Source: Octopus vulgaris (lineage: Eukaryota). Taken from it: DNA of 64,000 bases. The first letter of the stretch is position 1; every line of letters begins with the position of its first letter. Shown one piece after another: positions 54,315-64,000 of this stretch. The stretch is taken from assembly GCA_951406725.2 (NCBI GenBank), contig OX597815.1, positions 24,552,001 to 24,616,000 on the forward strand, read 5' to 3'. The position numbers and the translations under genes were made by a program. The notes beneath the pieces are model-generated. The model had not been told where the DNA came from and searched no databases. It saw only the letters and a program-made list of their open reading frames with translations.

Positions 54315-55090
54315 TTGAAAATATAAGGACACAGATCATGTTGTATAGCCAACTGGAGATGATATCTCCTGGGGCTAAATTACAGCAACATTCGTCCTAA
54401 CCAGGATTGCCATGTTATGTTGTCAAACAATCTTTACTACAAAGCTGACAAATTTTTAGTTTATGACTTTAGGTTTTTATTGAAAAGATAGTAATAGTTT
54501 AATAAATCTTTTTAATATGATATACTTCATAAAATAAGATTATACTTTACAATGCATATTGCTACTCAATAATGATGAAAAGATATCAAGCAATGCTATA
54601 GTGGTGTAAATATGTCTTGAATACTTACATAACTTGAAATATATTATAGTGAAGATTAAAAAAATCTTAGAAATTTTTATGTTGATATTATCTAAATCTG
54701 AGTACAAAGAAAAAGTTTCTTAACCAAATATCAAATTAAGATTAGAAAATTACTATGTTTTAAAATCTCACAATGAGAGATATTCAGCAACAATACTTTG
54801 TAGTAAAGATTGTTTGTCAACATAACATGGCAGTCCTGGTTTAGGACAAATGTTGTTGGAATTTAGCCCCAGGAGACATCATCTCCAGCTGACTATATGA
54901 CACAGTCTGTGTCCTTATATTTTTGAACAAGGGAATCTAGTACCCCCACTCAGCTCAAAACAATATCTGTGTACCGTGATTTCCAGGTTATTTTCCTTCA
55001 TCAGCACAGAATAATTGTTTGGCTAAATTACAACAACATTCACCCTAAGCCAGGACTGCTATGTGAAGTTGGCAAACAATCTTTACTACA
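54315..55090. repeat. Three-armed inverted repeat related to 9243-9508, containing a hammerhead
   Basis: arms ~54315-54445, 54797-54925, 55021-55090; core ccccaggagacatcatctccagctg. Confidence 0.8.
54968..55008 (-). ncRNA. Minimal hammerhead motif, sense to ITPR
   Basis: tgtg-CTGATGA-aggaaaataacctg-GAAA-tcacgg-TA-caca; 4-bp stem I. Confidence 0.65.
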
Positions 55091-55581
55091 TCAAATTAAA
55101 AGCCATAAGATGATCTCAATATAAAAACAATACTTTTTTATGAGAGCCAAACAAGGGAAAATTATCTAGAAACTGATTAGTGGCATCATAATATCAGTAA
55201 TATTAAACTTTAAAGTAGCATGATGAAAACATGTAACACTTAGCTTGGAAAAAAAAAAAAGAAAAAAATCATTTGAAAATCTTTATTAACCTGTATCTAT
55301 TTTAGTAAATTGTTTGTACATATTTTCACATGTATTTTATATTTGCCTCTCCAGTATTAAGTATTTGAAATAATTTTATGCTTTTGAATATGCTTTCACA
55401 GAGACTGACATTAAGTTGAATAAATCAACTGAAGTTGATGTTTATTTTTTCATTAACTTCTTAACAAACAAAAAAAAAAGACTTCAAGTTGAAAAAGGTT
55501 TAACTCAAAAGGACATAAGTTGAAGTATGCCTGTCATAGTAATATAGTATAACAGTAGAAATAACGACTTAAATAACTTAC

Positions 55582-55707
55582 TCCTGGGTTCAAGAAAAGG
55601 TCAACTTCTTTATGAAGTAAAACCTGATTTGCAGGATTTCCAAGACAGAAGCACTGAAGAAATTCATGAGCCAGTCTTATAATTTCATGCATACGGATAT
55701 CTTTGTT
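55582..55707 (-). CDS. ITPR: IP3 receptor exon ([42 protein letters not shown])
   Basis: 126 nt, AG/GT; RIH-domain motif LAHEFLQ.FC.GN..NQ.LLH. Confidence 0.95.
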
Positions 55708-56412
55708 CTGAAATAAATGTAAAAGATTAACTTTGTAATAGATATATATATATATATATTTATTTTTTTTTTACTACCCACAAGGGGCTAAACACAGAGA
55801 GGACAAACAAGGACAAACGGATTAAGTCGATTACATCGACCCCAGTGCGTAACTGGTACTTAATTTATTGACCCCGAAAGGATGAAAGGCAAAGTCAACC
55901 TCGGCGGATTAGGAGTTAAAAATATAGTAGCTATCTTGATCACTTCACGGAGAAGGGATTACACTAATGAAGGATGGTAATTCATTATCTGGTACAAATT
56001 GTGCTGTGCCGATTGCATACTTTTAAATACTAATGCAAGGCTCTTAGTTGAGGACAGCATCTGCCTAGAAGTTTGACTTTCAAAACTATTTCAGGTTTAT
56101 TGAGTCTTACACTCAACATTGAAATATTTAGATTTTTGACTTTTACTATTTTAAAGAAACTGTAAAGTTTAAGCTTTTGCTGAAATTCCAGCAAAACAAC
56201 ATTGGTAATATTAAAATATTTAAAGGGAAAAATTTGACAAGGCAGTCAGTCACCCACTGACACTCGTTGATGCTACATCGAAGAGGCCAGGGAACAGAAG
56301 AAAGAAGAAAGAAGACATGCACCCAACACCAGAGCTGAAGACACCTCTGAAAGTGGGGGCCCAGCCATGTCAAAACGGTAGAGGAATAGGGGCCGAAACC
56401 GGATGTGGCTCC

Positions 56413-56485
56413 TCCTGATGATGTCTTGAGCTAACTGGATCCTATAAAGGAGCTGTTGTGGTAGCAGATCACGAAACACGGTTGA
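56413..56485 (+). ncRNA. Degenerate hammerhead motif in a pLTR/retrozyme-like repeat (~56240-56600)
   Basis: tc-CTGATGA-...cagatcac-GAAA-cacgg-TT-ga; second degenerate CTGAAGA..GAAA just upstream. Confidence 0.45.
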
Positions 56486-57884
56486 AATTCCTCAGAATAC
56501 CTGCTTTGGGAATCATAATTAAAAAAGAGCAAAAAACCACCTGGCCTGTTAAGTCTTGACATCCCAGTAACAAAGCTGAGACTTCCTAACACTATTCTAC
56601 TTTTTCCCAATACACACACACACACACAAATCAAATGGAAATTGTAGTTGGGATACCCGTGCCGGTGGTACGTAAAAAGCTGAAATCATGTGATCTGGCA
56701 GTTCTGGTGGCTGTAGTAGATGGTTCTTGCACACCAGTAATATAAACCACAAATCCATATGAGAGATGCTCTTGTGGAAAATAACACAGTATTCTGTGTT
56801 TTAACATGATCCAATGAACTGAGAGATAAATATTTCTTAAATTAGTATTTCATATTAAGAGTTTCAGAAGCCATAAATATCCCCTCCCAGGGGATGAGGT
56901 AAGTTGATTACATTGATGGGGTAAGTTTGATTACAGCAGTGGTACTGACGTAATCAAAACCCCCAAAAGAATGAAAGGCAAAGTTGACGGAATTTGAACT
57001 CAGAATGTAAAAACAGATGAGATGCTGCTAAGCATTTTTTCCCAGTATGCTAATGGTTTGCCCATCCACTACCTCAAAGAGGCTATAGATATTGATGAAT
57101 AAAAGCAATGAATATATTAAATTGATGTCATCATTATAGCATTATTTTCCATGCTAATATACATTAGCTGAGTCTGTGCAACAATATGCAATATTATTTC
57201 ATTGAAATTACATATCCCAGATATTTTCTGTTTTATTGAATCTAAATGTTAACACAAACCAATATCTGAATTAGAAATTTAATCATGTGTTAACATATTT
57301 GTTAATACTCAGGTCTGTCATGAGTTTTAGGTCTCAGAAGAACAGAGCTTAACACGATTTCCATGGTGTATAAGGTCTGGACTGCAATACTCCCCACTAA
57401 ATGGGACACCAGTCCATCACAGGGTTAACTTCCCAACTATTGTTGGAACTCATTTACAGTTGAATGGACTGTGGCAACATGAAATGTAACACCAACCAGT
57501 TTGGAAACAGAAACCATGATGAGTGCAACACCCTAACCACAAGGCCATCCACTTTCACTTTGTCAGTATTCCAGCCATATGAAGACGGTGAGCTGGCATA
57601 AACATTAGCATGCCGGGCGAAATGCTTAGCAGTATTTCATGTGTCTTTATGTTCTGAGTTCAAATTCTACCAAGGTTGACTTTGCCATTCATCCTTTCGG
57701 GGTTCATAAATTAAGTACCAGTTGCATACTGGAGTTGATCTAATTGACTGCCCTCCCGCTTCACAAAAAATTCGGGCCTTGTGCCTAGAGTGGAAAAGAA
57801 AAGAAAAAAAAAGTATTCCAGCCACATTAAACACTCAGCTATTGTCAAAATTATATTTTGGCAGCTGACTTGGCAGACACCCAT

Positions 57885-58270
57885 AAAATTATTAACCATC
57901 TTACAAACAATAACTCTGAGCACCTTTTCAAACTCCACCTGTCTAACACCCGTGGACATGTTTACAAAGTCAGAAAACAGCACAGCTCCCATGACTTTCA
58001 GAAACATTTTTTCATGCTAAGAGTTGCTGAAGTATGGAATAAACTGCCAGCATCAATTGTTAGTTGTCGGAGCACTGCATCCTTCAAAACTTCCATGCTT
58101 CCTGAGATTCGCCAACACTATACCTAATTTTCCCCCTCCATACACACACAAGCATGTATCTGACTCATACACTGATCACTTTCCAGACATTTGTACATTA
58201 CTGCATATACTTTATACACACTTTTGACAAGTTGTGCTGCAATAGAGCACTGTATACAATAATTTCATTA
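57885..58270 (+). mobile_element. CR1-like LINE 3' fragment
   Basis: NTRGHVYKV..KHFFMLRVAEVWNKLP. Confidence 0.75.
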
Positions 58271-58359
58271 TTATAACAGCAAAAATAAAAGATAAATAAA
58301 TTACAAATTCATTGTAATGTTTATTTTTTGAAAATCCATAAAATCCAAAACAGGCTTAC

Positions 58360-58500
58360 CTTGTCAAAAGGAATTTGTAACAATTCCAAAACAACAGAGT
58401 GAGCAGCCATATTCCTAAGTAGTCGTTGTTCATGTTTCCTTGGCTTTTTATTTCCCTCTGATGTTTCTTGGACACACAGTTTAGTAAGGCGCAATAGGAT
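58360..58500 (-). CDS. ITPR: IP3 receptor exon ([12 protein letters not shown]...[25 protein letters not shown])
   Basis: 141 nt, AG/GT; conserved [16 protein letters not shown]. Confidence 0.95.
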
Positions 58501-58806
58501 CTGTAGAAGAAACAGGATATTTTTTTAAAAGAAGTGCCTTAACATTATCAAAATCAGTAAATAATAAAATATTTTATTTATCGTCTTGAATTTATGCTTC
58601 ATATTGAGACAAATGGTTTTCGTACTTTGTCTTAGTAGAGGTATTTCATGTTATTTCTAATACCAACAACTATGTTTTCCAAAGGATGTGATAAAAGCAC
58701 CCAAATAAAGTATTTCTCCTTTATAACTGTATTTAATCTATTTTCCCTTAATGGAGACGAAATACTAAAATGTTCTACTCTGCCCAAAAGATACATACAT
58801 ATATAT

Positions 58807-58847
<41 letters not shown>

Positions 58848-58961
58848 TATATATATATATATAGTTAATCCAAACATGAACAAAGAGAAAACACAACAAT
58901 GCGAGGACGTGGAACAAGTATAGTGTTATTGGACGCTTAGGAAAGGAAAGAAAGTAGGAGA

Positions 58962-58995
58962 ATTTAACGTTTCGAGCAGAGCTCTTCATCAGAAA
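58962..58995 (-). ncRNA. Minimal hammerhead motif, sense to ITPR
   Basis: tt-CTGATGA-agagctctgctc-GAAA-cgt-TA-aa. Confidence 0.65.
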
Positions 58996-59063
58996 CATTG
59001 AAAAAGTAAAGGTCCTAGGAAGGGAGGAAGGAGAAAGAAAATCACCAACGATACACACGTGGT

Positions 59064-59099
<36 letters not shown>

Positions 59100-59132
59100 C
59101 AAACGTATATAAATATATATATATATACAAAC

Positions 59133-59184
<52 letters not shown>

Positions 59185-59187
59185 TAC

Positions 59188-59541
59188 AAATATATATTTT
59201 AATTTAGAGATAGTAGGCCCCTACATCTCACCATATAAAAAGTATTTTTATTTTTACTTTAAATACCTACTGTTTTATTACTTGGCAACACGTGTTTCAT
59301 GAGGTGCATCCTCGGGTTCCTAAACCACTCTCAAAATGGAACCCCTCTCAAAATGCCACCCCAATCATCAGGCCCTTATATCACTTTATCAATGTTGATA
59401 AATGTTTAGGAACCTGAGGATGCACCTCATGAAACACGTGTTGCCAAGTAATAAAACAGTAGGTATTTAAAGTAAAAATAAAAATTCTTTTTATTTGGTG
59501 AGATGTAGGGGCCTACTATCTCTAAGTTAAAATATATATTT
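59188..59541. repeat. Long inverted repeat (~138-bp arms) between (TA)n tracts
   Basis: 59188-59325 reverse-complements 59404-59541 with few mismatches. Confidence 0.9.
59284..59374 (-). ncRNA. Type I hammerhead ribozyme motif within a long inverted repeat, sense to ITPR
   Basis: ggc-CTGATGA-ttggggtg/cacctcat-GAAA-cacgtg-TT-gcc. Confidence 0.65.
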
Positions 59542-59845
59542 CTTCATTGAGAATAATTTGAATCTCTGTTATGCCAGAATGTTTATTCCCTAAAAATAAT
59601 ATTTATATATATATATATATATATAATAAATATTAAATATTAGGGAATAAATCCAAACTTACAGGGAAAAATCAGATTTAGGATTGAATCCAATTTTATA
59701 GTAAAATATTATATTATATTAAATTAGAGACAAAACCACTATTAGGCAAATCATACAATGAAAAACTTAAGCCAATACATAAGATTATTTAATTTATATT
59801 ATTTAAATATATAACAAAATTATTAAAAAAATATAATTAATATAA

Positions 59846-59909
59846 CACTACGATCATTTCATGGCTGTTAATTTCTTTAAATTTTCGAGTTACAGTCATT
59901 CATCAGGTG
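59846..59909 (-). ncRNA. Type I hammerhead ribozyme motif, sense to ITPR
   Basis: cac-CTGATGA-atgactgt/acagccat-GAAA-tgatcg-TA-gtg. Confidence 0.75.
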
Positions 59910-60026
59910 GTTTAAATATTTATCTTGGCGAGGTTTAAACAATGAACTAATTTAATATAATATATATATATATATGATGATGATATATATGTGCATTGCA
60001 TTTAATAAAAATAATATAAATCTTAC

Positions 60027-60119
60027 TTCTTTTTTCTTTTTGTAATTAACTTCTGCTAATTTATCAATGTTAGGTCCTAAACCCAGATCAATAGCTGAGC
60101 CTTGATCAGCTCCAAGTTC
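60027..60119 (-). CDS. ITPR: IP3 receptor exon (ELGADQGSAIDLGLGPNIDKLAEVNYKKKKE)
   Basis: 93 nt, phase 0/0, GAA|GTAAGA donor; ends NY...KE as expected before ILLRL. Confidence 0.85.
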
Positions 60120-61188
60120 CTAGATAAAGAGAGGAAAAAAATTAAAGATGAATAAGAATTCTTTAAGCAACATTGAAAAGTATAACATAATAATTTTTCA
60201 AGTTATTAGCTCCATATTAACGAAAAAGTTTTTGAATGCTTACATGAACATGTTTTGATCAATTTAAACTCAATCTGTTAATAAGAGTCTATATCTGTAT
60301 GTTCTTTTATTCTTTTATTTGTTTCAGTCATCTGACTGTGGCCATGCTGGAGCACCACCTTTAGTTGAAGAAATAGATCTCAGGACTTATTCTTTATAAG
60401 CCTAGTCTATCAGTCCATTTTGCCAAATCACTAAGTTACTGGGACATAAATACACCAACATTGGTTGTCAAACAATGGTAGGGGAACAAACTCAGCCCCA
60501 CCCCCAACAAATACATGCATTGGGTCATCCTATAAACAACCAGGCTTTTTCAATTGTATGAACTAAAAGTTGGCTGGCCTTTATTTAGATATTTGTAAAT
60601 GTAATTGCAACAATATTCCATGTGGATCTTGTGCTTTGTAGACTCAGCAAGTAACCAAGCTAAATTATTTTCTAAACCTGAAAAGTTAATCTAGTCATCA
60701 TGATTTTGTTTTGATTATATCACATATATGTGATGTTGCTTTGAAAGATCATTAGAGATTGAGGACTAAACTTTGAAGTGAATTCAAGAGATCTTGGTTA
60801 TCTGTTTGTTGTTCATTTGTAGAGAAAGTTTGGTACAAAACTACTTCATTGGTACACATGGTAATTATGTGTTCGCATTGTTAAGAGAGACAAGCTTGTT
60901 ATATTCCCATTGATGGATATTCTCAATACTTCTGTTCTCAGAGCTAGTGCAAGACTAGTGTAAAGTGTTTATACTGCATGAGGATGAATATGAGTAGAAT
61001 TTAGTATCAACAGTACAAGAGTATGTGCTGGGAGCATTGACAAAAACAAAATGGCAGTTATATATAAAAATAAGGGCTCACAAAATATATGCAGCCTGAA
61101 AATAATTAATAGATAAACTTAATTTTTCTATATACTGTTTTATTCATGAAAATTTTAAAAGTAGAAGCCAATGAAAACTTTAACTCAC

Positions 61189-61227
61189 CCAGGCATTTTG
61201 TTTTCGCATTTTAGATTCACTTTTTTC
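61189..61227 (-). CDS. ITPR: Small IP3 receptor exon in a variable loop (EKSESKMRKQNAW)
   Basis: 39 nt, ttcttcattctttag acceptor, TGG|GTGAGT donor, phase 0/0, no stop; no homology support. Confidence 0.7.
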
Positions 61228-62917
61228 CTAAAGAATGAAGAAAAATTGTGTTATGAAATGCAAACAGATAAATGTGTAAGATGAGAAAGTTGTTTAAAAG
61301 GGTTTTTCAAAATACAAGCTGATAAATATGTTTAAGAACATCTATTGATATCAGGATTTTATTATTAATTTCAGAATTTGGTTATCATTGTGCCCAAAAT
61401 TTATCACATTTTCAATAACTTCATATTTTTTACATTTTTAAGATAGTAGGGGAAATATTGAAAGAGATCTGCCTGCTAACTGTAGCAGGTTGTACTGTCT
61501 CAGGACTTGACAAACAGACAGTTATATACCAAAACACTTAGGGCCTGGAGGAATCATTGCACTCACAAACATCTACAATTTCTTACTCCAACACTGCCAA
61601 ATCCCCATAATCTGAAAACTGGGCAAAATCATCACAATTTTGAAGCCCAGCAAAACCCTCTGGAAAAGCAGTATCACACAAACCCATAACTTTGTCTGCA
61701 CATCTTGAAAATGTTAAAACCACCCAACCTTCACATCATTAATTCACACACTCCTTCTTTTAAATCCAACACATATTCAGGTTACTACATTCAATCACCA
61801 CACAACTTATACAACATAGAAGTTACATGATAACCTCAACTGCAACATTCAAACTACCATTAACATCAGCAAAGCTTTGATTCCATTTCTTGCCAGCTAC
61901 TTACACAAAATAGCCAACATCGCCTTAAGAAATGACACAAAACACTGGATACCAAACTTATGCAATGCATAAAAGCAACACACAGAATTTGTAATTTCCC
62001 TAATGGAGTACCACAAGGCTCCATCTTTTTATGGACAGGATATACAGGCTTGGCTGTTTGGTCAAAATTTTTTCCAAAAAACCATGCAGTTATAGATTTG
62101 ATCTTATTGCAGTACAATTTAAGCAAAGCTTTTCAGGTGATCAAACGTTATGAATGAAGTTTGCTGGATGGAAACTGCATTGAAGCCTATCATTTGTGTG
62201 TGTGTGTGTGCATGAATGTGCATGCTTGTGCATGTGGTGTGCATGCGGAGTGTGTGTGTGTGTGTGTTTATACTGGTGCAAATTGGAAATTAGTACACTC
62301 AAACTGAAATATTTTGCACTATTTTTGCCAGAATGAATTATCATCTTCTATGTCAATGTTCACTTTACATCATACAAGAATGATGAAATAAAAACCAGGC
62401 AATATACTGGAACTGGTATAATCAACTAAAAGCTCTTGTGCCTAAAATCAATACCAGAAAACGACAAAAATATGTCAAAAATCAGTACCAGAAAAAGACA
62501 CAAATACAGAGCGTAACTGGATAGTAGAGAGAATACAAAATGTCAAATACAAAATGTACCCATATAATTAAACACTTTATGTTTCAGTGTCCAGTACAAG
62601 AACATGCAAAATGTTGAAGTATGCAGTAGAACTATGCTATGTCTTAGACAATAGATCAAAGGGTTGTACCAAGTCTTTCAGCTGATTACATGTATGCCAT
62701 AGGTCTATTTGATTATAGCTGGTCTAGGACAGCATGACAATTCACTGCTTTATTTCATGATTTAATAAAATAATTGGGGGTTATGAGCTATGAGAAACTT
62801 TTTTTAAAAAGGCATCATCTTACATTCTGTTTGAATACAATTGAATGAATGACACAATAGAGAAAAAAAAGTTAAATAAACATTAAAGTGAAGGAAAAAA
62901 GTTAATTGAAATTTTAC

Positions 62918-63091
62918 TTTTTTTGAACCACCCTCTTTTTCTTCTTTTGTAGCTTTCTTCTTTTTGCCATCGGGTGGTTTAGCCTTATACACCCACAGTT
63001 CTGATTTCTCAACCAACAAGCGCAGGTCATCCAAATCTCGTTTAATCTGTTTGTAGTTTTCAACATCGCTTGTAGACACCAATAGTTGGAC
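62918..63091 (-). CDS. ITPR: IP3 receptor exon (VQLLVSTSDVENYKQIK...EGGSKK)
   Basis: 174 nt, phase 0/0, AG/GT; conserved VQLLV..DVENYKQIK..LVEKSELWVYK. Confidence 0.95.
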
Positions 63092-63733
63092 CTTAAAAAA
63101 CAAAGAAATTGATTTTTGAAAAACTAAGATTATAATCAGTTTTACTTACCTTGGCAGTAATACGAAATTGGTCAAAATCTTAGTTTTCAGTCATTAAAAA
63201 ATTAGATTTAAAATTAAAAGTTATTAAATTTAACTGTTCTTAATTTAAGCCAGCAATTTTTGAGGGTGGTGAGTTACTCATTTACATCTAATCCAGTACT
63301 TTGACTGATACTGTGATTGGAAGATAGTAAAAAAAAAAAAAAAAAAAAGGGTATTGGACTCATGATTGTAAGATTGTAGTTTCAATTCCTGGACCAGGCA
63401 ATGTGTTGTATTCTTGAGCAAAACACTTCATTTCGCTTTGCTCCAGTCCACTCCGCTGGCAAAAATGAGTAATCCTGTGATGGACCAATATCCCATCCAG
63501 GTGTGGAATATATACGCCATGATGCTGGGAAAGCAGCCCTTGCGAGTTGGCATGACTCAAGAAGGAAGGTAGTTTATTGCAATTAAAAAGCAAGTTTATT
63601 ATCTGAGAAAGGTAAAGACCTATCTGTTGTAAACTGACATCTCTAACACACACACACACACACACACAAGAATGAAATGAAATCATCCAGAAAGAGAGAT
63701 AAAGCATTTGAAAAAGGTAAAATTGATACATAC

Positions 63734-63899
63734 TTGGTTAAAAGCTTGAAGAACCTCTTGCCGTTGACTAAAATGCCTGAAGAGTAATTGGAGAGCTCCT
63801 GATACAACTGCAGGATAGTTGTGCATCACCAGGTTAAGAAGAACCCGGAGAAACATCTTACCACCTTGTCCATCTAAATCTAATTCCGCTGTTTCAGAA
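63734..63899 (-). CDS. ITPR: IP3 receptor exon ([55 protein letters not shown])
   Basis: ccag acceptor, CAA|GTATGT donor; matches the IP3R motif [15 protein letters not shown]. Confidence 0.95.
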
Positions 63900-64000
63900 C
63901 TGGAATGAAATAAAAAGAATAATAATAATCTTATAATACATTAACATTTTTAACTCATGGTTTTTACTATAAAGAAATATAATGAATAATTTTGTTATCT

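Overview
AT-rich, repeat-laden animal genomic DNA; the SINE, LINE and Helitron repertoire looks like that of Octopus (inference). The window lies entirely inside one minus-strand gene for an inositol 1,4,5-trisphosphate receptor (ITPR, IP3R). I traced 21 phase-consistent exons from 63899 down to 6323, covering the central regulatory/coupling region including both PKA-site motifs; both gene ends are outside the window. Main observations: (1) a 48-nt cassette exon in the 25-kb intron that matches the vertebrate neuronal IP3R1 SIIC segment in position, length and C-terminus, flanked by UGC and UGCAUG motifs; (2) further candidate microexons in transposon-poor intron zones; (3) a probable GC-AG intron; (4) about eight hammerhead ribozyme motifs of Penelope-like retroelement type, four of them sense to the pre-mRNA, plus long inverted duplications; (5) alternating inverted SINE copies bracketing frame-preserving exons; (6) a perfect 23-bp hairpin. 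Coordinates were read by hand and repeat boundaries are approximate.
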